Positions 27,331 through 40,402 of a stretch of 64,000 nucleotides of DNA are shown in pieces. Made by a program: the position numbers and the translations under genes. The stretch's first letter is position 1. Each line of letters opens with the position of its first letter. The stretch spans positions 1,800,093 to 1,864,092 of the forward strand of contig OZ199839.1 in the NCBI GenBank assembly GCA_964304625.1, in the 5' to 3' direction. The stretch comes from Kudoa neothunni. Its lineage: Eukaryota; Animalia; Cnidaria. The notes beneath the pieces were generated by a model that did not search any database, was not told where the DNA came from, and saw only the letters and a program-made list of their open reading frames with translations.

Positions 27331-28429
27331 TCGAAACAATTCCAAAGATCAATTAAATAGTTCCCGTCTTAGAAAACAATTCGACAAATGTCTGGAAAAT
27401 CACAAGGATTGAAAATTTAATTCATAACAGTGACAATCAAGTTATTGGAGCAAAATTAAGATAACCAAATAATAAAATAATCCCAAGATCCATGAAACAC
27501 ATTGCCGGATTCGAATTGCTACGTCCGGAATGTTGAGAACAATTAATAACATTTATTTGTTCATATACTTGTTTGTTTGTTCATTTGTTTTGCCGCTGCG
27601 TGAGCAGCGGAAAGATTTTGAATCAATTGAATTGGAGATTTTTCTCAGCGCATAAAAATTCAATACAATAGGAAAAAAATCCTAACACTTCTCTTTATAC
27701 AGAGACTTTATTTAGTATTTGAGATTATTTTTGTACAAAAAGATACGAAATTAACCACAATAATACAACAGGATTGTCGGCTTTCTTATAAAGTGGTGAA
27801 TTTGTAGTGTAAACATTTTGTATACAGATTAGCGCTGATGATAATGAGATTACTTTATCATGTGATTTACTAAGGGTTTCAATGATATGCATAGATAACT
27901 CTAATTTTCTGTATGTGTCAATTCACTAAATCTTTGAAATTTTACTCTTTTTTACACTTAAACTAAGTTAACAAGTTCTACAACATTCGTTCATGCGTAG
28001 GCGGGGACTCGGTGTAAACGAAGATTTGTTGTTTGAACGGGAGGTTAATACATGTGAATAAATTATTTACTTTGCACGTTTAATTAAAGATAAAAAGTTT
28101 TAAATTATTTTCAATGAGTATAAATTGATGTTAACACGTTATAATAAATACAAGTATTAACAAATTTTTAGATTAGTTCATCGACGGGTTAGTTAAATTG
28201 ATTAATACGCCACATGAGTTGTAAGAACTTATGATTTCTTAATAAAAATAAAGTCCAATAAAGATGAAAGTGAAGGTGAGGGGGATATTACTGTTTATAT
28301 CGAATAACAGTCGGTGAAAGGTCGATAAGATAATTATAATTGACTTTGAACTTAGAATGACCTTCGCCTGTTCACGGCTTTTATCAGGGTGGCCGGACAA
28401 GGAAACCCAACCGAAGCGAGGATTTTGCG

Positions 28430-28431
<2 letters not shown>

Positions 28432-28463
<32 letters not shown>

Positions 28464-28601
28464 TAGAGCAATTCGAATACCAATTAAACAATGAAGATAT
28501 ATATATGAATAGGACAATTCGAATACCAATTAAACATTGAAGATAAATATATGAATAGGACAATTCGAATACCAATTAAACATTGAAGATATATATATAT
28601 T
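28432..28601. repeat. (TA)n microsatellite plus three copies of a 46-bp minisatellite
   Basis: Units GAATAG(AG/GA)CAATTCGAATACCAATTAAACA(A/T)TGAAGAT(AT)n start at 28461, 28507 and 28553. Confidence 0.9.
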
Positions 28602-28783
28602 CTATGAATCGAACCTTTCGTATGCCAACTATCAGTTGAATGTATACTAAACTCTTTAATGCTACACGTAAATACATAAAACGAACGTTGTGGATTATAT
28701 ATAAATTGACAAATTTCCGTAAGTAATAATCATAATCACCTCCATCATATTAAATTAAGACATAGGTAGAAGATCACATAAAC

Positions 28784-31700
28784 ATGATATCAAAAATCCC
28801 TTTATTCCTATCTCTCGGTATTCAGTTACATTATTATTATATAACTATGAGCTTATTTGAATATAGCAATATTTGCAATCTCACAAAATTCATGTGATTA
28901 TAGATCCCGTCTTCGGGATTTTAAGAAGAAACTTCCCCCCAAACTTAAACAGATTCATCGAAAAGTACCAGATATCTTCGCTTCATATATTGAACCACCT
29001 TACTGGAGACCAGGAGGAACAACAGGATTTCGAGCATATTGTCAACAATATTGGGACACACAAATTAAATTTAAGTCCAATTATAATGATTTTTTGTCAA
29101 AACTGAGGACAATGAGAAGTTATATATCGACATATGATTCGGATTACAAACTATACACTGAGCAACTAAGACAAAAGTTACATTCAGTTAGACAACTTGA
29201 AAAGTCACAACTCTTTCAAGAAAAAATGGAAAAAGAGAAGACGACAATCACTGCGGAGGAACACAAAAATGACATTATAAGCATTCTGATTGGAAAATTG
29301 AGTAGCTATAAAGAGTCACTCAGAGATACTGTAAAATGCCACAATGATTTCGAGAAATATATCGAGAAGGTAACTAATTTGATAAAGATAGTACAAGTAG
29401 ATGAAAAATATTTGAAAACTCTCAACGGAGCATGTAGCCCTTATGTAAACAAAGTAGTGACAATGAATGAGGTGACTGATGTAAACGTTTGTGCAAAGTC
29501 GGGGCCAGGAGAATTAGATTTAAACGGTCATTCCTACGCCGTAGCATCCCTCAAAAGATTTCCAACGAATTATCAAACGTACGATACGTTTAATGTAACA
29601 AGATTTAACTGCACTCTTGATTCATTGGTCCTTGATGTATCCAAACTAAATGGAAAAATTGACGAAATTTTGCAAAAAATTAACAATATTATAAGTCAAC
29701 ATGTTAAAGACTATAGCATTCAGGTCAAAACTATTTATCAAAACCTAAACACTAACGATTCGTCGTCTAATATCCAGGAAATACAAAATGCTCTGAAGAA
29801 CCAAATCAATGATCTGAATAGAAAATCACTTACGACTATGGATCGATTGACGCTTCAAATGATAAATAATCAGATTTCGGGTGCTCAACGTGTTCTCGAC
29901 GATTATCATGGTCATATTTCAAGTGATGTTACAGATGATCTTAAAGTGAAGATTGATCGATTAAGTGAGTATAAAACTAGATATAATGCTATCAACAATA
30001 AAATAATAAATAATGAGCAACAGAAAAAAGAAATCCTTCGTAAAATTAATGAGAAAATGAGTAGTGTAACAACCTCTAGCGTTCCTACTCCAAATGTGGT
30101 AAATATCGAGTCTGAAATCGCTGCAATCGACGTCATCATTGGAAAAAGTATAACACATGAAACCATATTTACAATAACCGGAGAAATTGCTAAATATAAG
30201 AATAAAGCTGAAACTATGAAAGCTGATTCTCGTTCGTCAACATCTGCAGGAAAACTTGTAACAGCAAATGAACAGCAAGAAATTTCTAGTGATATAACCC
30301 GTTTAGATGGTGAAATTAAAATCAATAAGAAAGAATTCGATAAACTGTTAAATGAATTCAATCAAGCAAAGGGTGATATTGATCAAATAATCAAGGACCA
30401 AGTACCAGCAGCAATTAAAACTGCTAATCAACATTATTTGACCGAATCATTACGTTTTGATGACCCCACCAAAAAATTAGAGGAGGCATTAAAATTACTT
30501 GAAGATATTCAAAGTAAAATGCCAAAAATTGAGTCTTCATCTAAATTAATCAATACCGAAGTTAACTCAATCAAAATTGAAATTGATAATTATGCGACTC
30601 AAATAGATGTAGTAAAGTCGGCTTGTGATGTTTCTGTTACATCAACTGAGTCCCATCCGTCAAAAATGTTGCGATCAGTCGCTGTCAGTAATCTTGCACC
30701 TGTGTTAAAATCCTATGAAACTATTCATCAAGAAGTGGCCAATGATAGGTCTACCATTGATCGTTTGGCTACAGGTGCATCTAAGATTATGACAGATTCT
30801 GGTTCTATTAGTTCTACTGTTATTACATTAAAATCTTCTGTTGAGAAAGCTTTACAAAAGGTCGATATAATTAAGAATGCAATAGATACTTTACGTCAGA
30901 GTATCTCAGAAAATCCAACACTATTTAAGCAACGAGTAACTGATCAAATTAGACAATTAGATTTGAATGTAAACGGTGATGATTTGCTCACTCAATCAAA
31001 AATCGCTGATTCAACATTTACTTCTATTCAAACACTTGAAACTAACACATTAAAAAATGTTGATATATTGAAAACTAACTCGAGAAATTTCTTCGATGGA
31101 ATCAAAAGTTTGGAAGAATCAATGAATACTGCTTTTGCCACTATAAATAAGAAACGAAATGAACTGACAGATCTAATTACCAAAGCTACACAAACTTATT
31201 TGGATACTACAAAACTTAAGGACCACGCCGCAAATAAACATGATGAATTTACACATGAAAGAAGAACTAAAAGAAGTGAAACCCGTCAGGTTGCTAGATC
31301 CAATAAGGCTGTTTATGAGAGTGAAAAGGAAAAAGTGCTATCTGAACAAGAGATATCTAAAAACTTATTTGAGTCTACTAATAGATTCTACAAACAAAAA
31401 TATAACGTTGACGTGAAGAGTTTTGATATAAAATATAAGGAGATTAATGATAAATACGTCGATCTTTTGAATAGCATGAATTCGGAAAACGAATCCTTTG
31501 AACAACGTAAAACAAAAATGCTTCAAGAACTTCACAATTTTAAAAGTCAAGAATCAAACGAATACAAAACTAGGGTTGCTTCCTTGAATGGTTTTTTGAA
31601 TTCTATTAAAACTAACTTTAATGCTATTGAAACAAATAACGATAGCAATAGTTACGACAATTTGGTTGCAACTTGTAAATATGTCTTGGCATCTTACTCG

Positions 31701-34700
31701 GAGACGAAACACAGTAATGACGCTTATGACAAACATGTAGACACTACTATCTCAACTATTGCTAACATGAAGATTTCTCAAGCTAATTATGATCAATTTT
31801 CTCAAAAACTCTCTCTAATTGCTAGTGAAGCTAAAAAAATGATGAAAGAATATGAAGAGGCTTTACATGCTGAATATATTAAGATAAATAAAGTGGATTT
31901 TGGTGATTCTGAAAACCAAGAGTATTTTGATTCGTTTGAGATAAATTATAATTTGGTCCAAAACATGGTATTGACTAAAGTGGATACTTTTGATACCACT
32001 CAATATATTAAGTTAGCTAAAGAAATTAAAACTGAAACTGAGAAGCTGAATGGGCTTCAGCCAAAATATAACAAATTAAATGTGGATTCAATTGTTACTA
32101 AATTCCATCACAGTATGAAAAGCTCCATTGATCGTCTAAGACCTTATGAAACCCAGATTTTGGGAGATGTACAACAGGCTACCAATGTATATGAAAAGTT
32201 GGTAGAGCTTAAAACTAATTTCGAACAAGCTAAACAATCATTCGAATTATCATTCACCAAAATTAGAGATTTAAAGGATCAATACCATTCTATGGTTCAA
32301 CAACTTTTAAGTTTATCCAAAGATAAAACTTTAAATGAAACCAAACTAAAAGAAGAGATGCAAACATTACAAAGTAAAAAAACAAATTTTTTGAATGATG
32401 TTAAGCAGAAGACGTTGGCCTCAAAAAAATTTTTTAAAGATCTACAACAGAATAAAGCGGAATATGGTCGATTATTATCATCCTTAACGTCTACAATTAG
32501 TTCTATGAAATCATTAAAAGATCAGTCCAACCCAGAGTTGACTAGTTTGAAGTCTCTAAATGTGAAATTAACAACAAAACTTGTGTCAGCTTCGAAAGCA
32601 GTTAATACCAAGGAACATATTGTCGCAACTTTGACACCAGTCATTGAAAAACTCAATTCTTTCATTACGAATTATCCTAATACCTTAAATTCACAACAAG
32701 CCGCATCATTCGGAACTATTAATACCGTCATTGGATTATTTACTAATGTAAAATCCTCCATATCAAACGATAAAGTCAAGTTTGAGGAAAAAATATCTGA
32801 ATTATCTAGATTTTATGAGATAAATCGTGAAAGATTTCATAGTGATATGCGAGGAATAATAACGTACCAAAGTCAACGACTATTTACCAGTGAACAATAT
32901 TGCGATACATATATTGAGTTTTTGAACGAACTTAAAACTCGAATTTCAGAAAACTCAGCACAGTTGACAAGTGACCTTAATAGTGAATCAGTAGAAATAT
33001 CATCTGACTTAACTAAAGCTTTATCTAATCTGAATTGTTGTGTAATGGTACTAAATGGCCAAGAATGTGTTAATGCTATTGAAAAAGATTTTGATCAATG
33101 TATGAAATACATTGAAATGTTTGATACTGATCGTAAGGTAAAAGCAGTTAACGATTTTAACAATAAAATGACACGATCATTGGATGCAATCAGAGTTCAA
33201 AATGAAAACGAACAGCTTGGATTGGATAGATTGAAATCATTGCAATCAGATTCGAAAATAATAGACGAAAAAACAAATTTACTGGAAGAGTTGTTTAAAG
33301 AAGAATATAAGAGATCAAAAATATCGGAAGTAAGACGACAATTGTCTTTTATCAATGCAGATGTTGAAGACAATGATGATTCTGTAACCTCAAAGATAAA
33401 TTCGATTTCACAAGACAGAAACATAATTTATAACAAACTAAATGAATACGAAAAGATAATTGGTATTCATAAAAGCAAATACACAGATGCGAAAAACAAA
33501 TTCTCTGAGTCCTCATCCAAAGCTGATAGCTTAACAAAATCAATCAAAAATGAGGCTAAGAACACTTTTGTCATTCAACAGTTAAACCAAAACCCTTCTG
33601 TTGCCGCCCAAATTACTGGTTATGGTAATGAGTTAAATGTTGATGCAGAATTTGTATCAAAATCGGAAAATAAAATCAGTAGCTTCAAAGATGAAAATCA
33701 AAGTCTCACCACTATGTCTGAATCCAATTTTAACACGTACCAAAAGCTTAAGAAGGACATAGAAATTCTTCAAAGTCAACTTGACAGTCTAGAAAGCAAT
33801 AGAGAATTGATTGATAAACAAGCTGTTCTTCAAAAAACAGAGGAAATTAGAAACAGCCTCATTGAAAAATCCGCCGAAATTAAATCAATCAGAAATAATA
33901 TTTCCGGTGATGAACAAAAAATAGAAGAATTTAATAACAAAGTTAACGATAACTATGATGATTCTTTCTCCCGTACACGTGAATGGAACAATAAAATTGT
34001 TCAAAATATTTCACAAACAAAATTAATGTTAAAAGAACTTAAATCAATTAAGAGATTTTCCATGTCAATAAACAAAGGTTTAGAATCTCTAACATCAATG
34101 AAAACAAATCTTGAAAGTTACCAAAGTAATTTGGATACCAAAAAAGATCAATTTACTCGTGATATCAAGCATAAAAAAAATAAGTTAACTGAAACCATTA
34201 ATATTAAAAAGGGTTCTTTGAATTCCAATAAAGAGAATGAACATAGAAACATTGCTAGATATATGGAATCATATCAAAAATTAAAGAAACAAGCAAATAA
34301 CGAGGATACCGATGTTTCAACTGATATTGAATTAAAATATAATAAATACGTAGATTTAAAAAATAAAATACAAAATGACTACGAAAATAAAAAAGAATCT
34401 ATTGATACTTATGAGAAAAATGGTTTAACTCATTATCAAACCCAAGAGAGTTCTTTAACTGAAAAATATTCTAATCTTGAGACAACTTCAGAGAGTTTCA
34501 TTAGAGAAATTGATAACCTAATTTCAGAAATTACTCAACTCCGCCTGGAAAACCAATCAGATTTGATCCAAAACAAATATAATAACTTAAAGTTTTTAAT
34601 TGATAATTTCTTTTCCGTAAATCGGGAGGTTTCATTTACTGTTGATGAATACGACGGGGAAATTGAGACAAATATTGAAAATTTTTCGATTGGAACTGAA

Positions 34701-35039
34701 GGTATTGATCAAGAAATTGAAACAAATGTTAAAACCATGAAAGAAATACTGGAAAATGCTTCTAAACAACAACATGAACAAACGGAAAATAAAGATGACT
34801 CTGAGGAGCCTGCTTTGAGTGATAATGTGGATCCACTTGAATCTGATAGTGGATCCGAAAGACAAATGGCTACAGGAAACAATAAAAGCATCGAAGTCAA
34901 AGACTACTTCCGAATGATTTTGATAATCGCTTCGATATTAACTATCTCACTGGTTATCATGGGTGCCATTATTTATCATAAAAATATAAAGAAGAAAGAA
35001 ATATACAAAAAATGCGAAAATATTTACATCAAAGCATAG
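28784..35039 (+). CDS. Giant type-I membrane protein: signal peptide, ~2,000-aa mostly coiled-coil ectodomain, single TM, short tail; exons 28784-28817 and 28867-35039
   Basis: Uninterrupted 6.2-kb ORF. A 49-nt GT..AG intron (28818-28866) joins ATG 28784 in frame to give MISKIPLFLSLAIFAISQNSC. C-terminal hydrophobic 'MILIIASILTISLVIMGAIIY' is followed by the basic 'HKNIKKK'. Confidence 0.88.
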
Positions 35040-35700
35040 TTGTCAAGCTATTTATTAACTTATTAGATTATAGATGATATTATTTGAGTCGTTATAACTT
35101 TAATAGTTCATTTATTTTACGTTTTACAATACTTTATATTATTTCTCAGTCAAAATGTAAAATTAAACAAAATCCATAGATATTTCTTCATTAAATAAAT
35201 GTTAGCTTTTTATATAACGAGAGAAGTTGTATGTTTAGCTCATTTGGTTCCTAATCTTGTTTGCACGTCAACGATTAAAATCATGAAAATAAAGTGGGTT
35301 AAAATAAAAATTTAAAATATATATGGGATGTACCCATTTATGTTATTCGGAATTGTTCACAGTTTTTATCACAGATAACTGTGTCCTTGTAGCTAATACT
35401 GAATAAATTAATTTTGAATATTTATACTCAAAACACTTGAGTTATTGTGTTTGGACAACAACTAAGTGTGTGCAAATATTATATATTAGATAGATTTTAG
35501 TTAAAAATCTACACTATATAAAGGGATAATAAAATCCTAATTATTATTAATTCAAATAACTTACCCATAAAGAAAGGCTTACGTGTATTTATGGGTAAAA
35601 ATAGATTAAAGTAATAAATTTTTGGCCATACAAAATTAAAGAAACTTTAAAAAATATAACTTCTTTTTAAAATTTAAAAACAAATGATTAAACTTTAATA

Positions 35701-36996
35701 TATGGGCTGATCAAAAAGTATCGAGACTCTTTAAATATCTCCTCATACGACCAAGATATATTTTTTTAAAAATAGCATGTTATAAAAAAAATATATTCTC
35801 ATATTTTTGCAACAATAATTTAACGAATGGATAATAAAATAAAATATGGCAGCTAGTTGTTTTAGTCGCGAAATCGGCCGACGTCGCTCGCGAGAATGTC
35901 AGAAAACCGCGAGCAGAGAATTTGTATTAAATTCTGTGTAAAACTAGGGACAAACAGTACCAAGACTTATGAAATGATTCAAAAAGCATTTTTAGACAAT
36001 TCCATGAGTAGAAGTAGAGTGTTTGAGTGGCATAAACGATTTAAAAAAGGTAGAAATTCGATTGATAGTTTGGATCGTTCTGGTCGACCTTCAACTAGCA
36101 GAAATCATGAAAAGATTAATGATGTTAAGGATATGATCGATTCCGAACGAAGACTTACCATTAGAGAAATTTGTAATGATCTTGGATTATCTTTTGGATC
36201 ATGTCAAGCTTATTTTGACTAATGATCTTTGTATGAGAAGAGTTGCCGCCAAATTTGTCCCGCGAGTGCTCACGTCCGAGCAAAAAGAATTGCGGCTTAT
36301 TACTTCAAAAGATTTACTTCAACGCTCATCAAAAGACGATGAATTCATGAATTTTATTGTAACAGGTGATGAAACATGGGTTTATGGTTATGATCCCGAA
36401 ACAAAAGTTCAATCTTCCATTTGGAAAACACCGTCGACGCCCAGACCAAAGAAGGCCCGCCATATTCGGAGTAAAATTAAAGTGTTACTCACAGTATTTT
36501 TTGATATCCAGGGGATAATTTATTATGAATACGCACCTGCAGCTTGTACAGTTACAAGTGAGTATTACCTCAGAGTATTGCGGAATTTACGGGATGCTAT
36601 TCGTCGTAAACGACCCCATATGCATTCTTCGGTACGTTGGATACTACATCACGATAATGCCCCCTCACACAAGTCTTTAAAAATTCAAAATTTTTTAATC
36701 AAGATGAATGTTCCTCAGTTACAACATCCTCCATGCGACTTTTTTCTATTCCCAAAAATTAAATTCCAACTTAAAGGAAGGAGATTCTATTCAGGAAATA
36801 AAACAGAATGCGACGGAGCAGCTTAAGGCGCTGAATAAAAATGATTTTTTAGAATGCTTCCTTCAGTGGAAGCAACGCTGGAAAAAATGTATTGATGCAG
36901 ATGGAGAGTATTTCGAAGGAGATTAAAAAAAATTCATTATATATTTGTATATATTTTTTGATTCAAAAAGTCTCGATACTTTTTGATCACCCCATG
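35701..36996 (+). mobile_element. mariner (DD34D-type) transposon, full length but frameshifted
   Basis: 28-bp TIR (T/C)ATGGG(C/G)TGATCAAAAAGTATCGAGACT with TA TSD; 'RSGRPST','TGDETWVYGYDPETK','HHDNAP','CDFFLF'; YSPDLAP motif deleted. Confidence 0.93.
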
Positions 36997-37731
36997 TATA
37001 TCACATTGAGAATGAAAAAAACAAAAATAAGATTACTCGTTTTCGACTAAAAAACACCCCAGCTTTGGGCATTTGCTGAAATAATATTCTACAACGTTAA
37101 AAATTATAATTTACATTAGAATATCAAATATTAACAAAATTTCATCGAATTTTTGTGAAAATTCTGTGAATAATTTAGATTATTGGCACATAAACTCTGT
37201 CCCGAGATGAAATCTAATTAAGTTCAAATTCATAAAACACCCTCAAATGGACGATAAAATATTTGATTGTTAATCTTCCAAAAGTTTATTTAGATATTGA
37301 ATACATCGAGATCATTTAACGAGGCCACTAATAAAAATTGTGTTTTTTGTTAAATACGAACCGTTACAAATGAGAGAGAAACAACAAAATTTCTAAAATA
37401 TGCAAGACGACCTATTTGCTATTAGTCGCTTCAGAGTTTGGGATGGAAAAATTGTTTTTAGGCAGAAGTTCATATTTCAATTTTAATTATTCTTTCACGT
37501 GTGTGTGGAGTGAAGAAAATTATACAGCAAGTGGACGAATTTATTCTTCAAAAACTCGTATGATCATGTTAACTCGGTGTTTTTAAGTTTGGTTAAAATA
37601 ATATTACCTGCGTACATTTTATACACGATGCGAAAAAAAAGATTTACGCTGTGTAAAAATTGAACATTTTCGAAAAGTTTCTGAGTAAAATAAATAAAAG
37701 TAAATGTAATTTGACACCGAGGTAGACATCT

Positions 37732-40400
37732 TGTGACGTCAGCATACATAACGAGTAGTTTCGGATACCCTTCCTATTATCGTCCATTAATACTGACTCT
37801 TTGATCGTGTCACAATGGTGTTAAAGGTAGGACCCACAACATCTATGACGATAAATTTCAATGAGAACGTCGAACAACAACTAGAAGAGCTCCAGTTAAA
37901 GCAGTTGCAAAGGTTGGGATGAGAAACAGCTTTACGCTTAAACACTCCTGGCAATTCCTCGTCATATGCGTGAATATTTCAAACCAAACCAACTAAATGA
38001 AAGCGGGGTTCTAACATCGACTCAGATGGTTACCCTTCTTAACGAGAACATATTGCAATATTCCAGAAGTCTCTAGACTAAGGAGTCGTTTTCCATGATT
38101 TCTCGCAAGCCTCTATAAAACTGAGGGAAACAGTCCAAGATTACTATCAAAGGATCTTTGTAACGCAGTAAGGAACACAATGGCAAAACAACCGATAACC
38201 GCGCGTATACTAATACAAAGGTAATTAGGGTAAAACTCAGTAGGTATACGCATTGTCACGTCACAATCTTCTCATTTTTTAAAATGTCACGACCACAGGT
38301 AACGGCAGAGGATGTTTAATTCTTCCTAAAACAAAAAATTATGGACACTGCCTGAACATTTGTAAGTACACGTAAATTATTTAAGAATGTGAATATGTTC
38401 CAAATCATGGAGAAACCCCAATTACTGTTGGATTATTGGCACTCTGGCGTAAAAGCGACAAATAGTAGCAATGATGTGTCTCCTATATTATCGAATGAGA
38501 GACGAAAAGATAAAAAACCAAAAAGTAAGGCTGGATATCGCCCCAAACGAGGATCATGTTCTAAATGCGGCGGAGAAAATCATTTGGCTAACGAATGCTT
38601 GGTAAAAGCTGTATGTCGAAAATGTGGGAAATCTGGTCATATTAATAGAATTTGTTACAAATATAACTACGTTAACGACATATCATTTAATCTGAATGAT
38701 GATTATTCTGTATTTTTTGGAGGCACGCGTGAGTGTGACATGGGCGTACTGTTACGGCATTGCTAGATACGGGGACTTGCTGTACGTTTGTTAGAGACGA
38801 CTTAGTTGGCCCCAAGTACGTTAAACCCTCGTCGAAATGTTTTATGGCAGCGAATGGATTTAAACTCAAAAGCACCGGATTGGCCAATATGTACATAAAA
38901 ACGAAAGTTGGAGAATCAAAGTCAAAACACATTTAACGGAACAAATTGCATACAACGCAATCATTTGTAGAGACGTCCTCGTGAAACACATTGACTTGGT
39001 TTGGAAAGGCAGTATGGAAAAGTCACTGAACACCATAAACTGTCACCAAAATAATTTCGATAACCTTGTAAAACAATTCGAACCTTTATTTGCCACATCT
39101 GCAGATTTGCGAATCGCAAAAGATTTTGAGTATCAGATGTCTACAACAACGCAAACCCAATTACGTCACGGGCATAAGCAGTCTCCATTCATTTGCAAGA
39201 AACAGCTACAAAACAATTAGAAGAGCAATTAAAAGCTGGCATAATATGACCGTCAACTAGTCCCTGTAGATCTTCTGTTACTTTTGCTAAAAAGAAGGAT
39301 GGGTCTTTTCGATTTTGTATTGACTTCAGCAAAATCAATGATATCACTATCAAGGATGAATATCCGCTTCCTCTAATTGATGAGTGACTTAATAAATTGA
39401 GTGGTGCAAAAATATTTTCAACACTGGATTCACAATGCGGTTACTGGCAGATTCCAGTGTCAGAAGATACACCCAAAACTGCGTTTACGTTTGGACATGG
39501 ACTATACGAATACAATTGTATACCATTTGGGTTAGCAAACACACCAGCAACTTTCCAAAGAATGATGGATAATACACTGGGGGATTTGGAATACGTTCTG
39601 ATGTACATGGACGATATAATTGTCTTTTCATCTGATTACGACAAACACATCAAACACCTTCGAAATGTCTTCTCGCGCCCCCAACGACAAAATCTGAGGA
39701 TAAATAGAAAAAAGTGTGTATTTTTTCGTGACAAAATCCAATATCTAGGATTTATAGTATCACACGTGGGCATTACTCCGAATCCAGAAAAAGTGGGGCC
39801 AGTAACCAATTGGAAAATACCTACATCCGTCCGGGAGTTAAGATCGTTTCTGGGCACATGCAACTTCCTCCACAGATTCACAAATCATATGACAGAGATA
39901 GCATCACCTCTGTACAAATTGACAACAAGTGAAAAGTCGTTTGTGTGGTCACCTGAAGCCCAGCGTAGTTCCAACACACCAAAAGAAAAAATCAAACAAA
40001 ATCCTACACTTTGTTTTCCTGACGTCGAACTTCCTTTTACCATGGAATGTGACGCTTCCAACAGAGGAGTTGGAGTTGTTTTATACCAAGTAAAGAATGG
40101 GGACAGAAACATTATTGCATATACCAGCAAAAAATTAAATCATGCTGAACTTAATTATTGCACAATGGACAAATAATTTTTGGTTATTATCGTTGACGTT
40201 AGGAAATTTCGCCGTTATCTATTAGGGAAAACGTTCACTATACTGACAGACCATAACCCCTTAACCAACATAAGGAGGATGAAAGATGCTAGAGGAAGAA
40301 GTAGATGGCTCATGGAAATGGAGGAACACGACTCTCATTCGGTACATCGTGGGAAAGTTAAACATAGTTGTTGATTCGCTGTCCAGGAGTGTTGTTTGTA
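37732..40400 (+). mobile_element. Ty3/Gypsy LTR retrotransposon, decayed and 3'-truncated
   Basis: 83-bp TGTGAC...GTCACA LTR (37732-37814) followed by a TGGTGT PBS-like site; two CCHC knuckles; protease LLDTG; RT 'YMDDII'; RNase H 'CDASNRGVG','TDHNPL'; no integrase or 3' LTR seen. Confidence 0.85.
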
Positions 40401-40402
40401 TA

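Larger units (their letters stand above)
20761..27687 (+). mobile_element. BEL/Pao LTR retrotransposon, internally deleted, with nested inserts
   Basis: LTRs TGTTGAGAAC...CA at 20761-20899 and 27531-27687; TGG PBS after 5' LTR; gag 'MPKLKIESYDGNSIGWSEFWDSF' (DUF1759-like); degenerate Zn knuckles (~26570-26670); protease 'IFDKG'; tail 'WKITRIENLIHNSDNQVIGAKLR' (DUF5641-like). Flanks AATCT/CTTCT are an imperfect TSD. Confidence 0.85.

Noticed and set aside
28461-28601. CRISPR-like array
   Set aside because: Units are contiguous with only (TA)n between them, there are no unique spacers or cas genes, and the context is eukaryotic.
29912-34900. Antisense ORFs within the giant gene
   Set aside because: Short shadow frames of a codon-biased long ORF with no motifs.
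28857-35039. Assignment as myosin, SMC or a Plasmodium RBP orthologue
   Set aside because: No motor or ATPase motifs; any similarity would be compositional coiled-coil, so no gene symbol is given.
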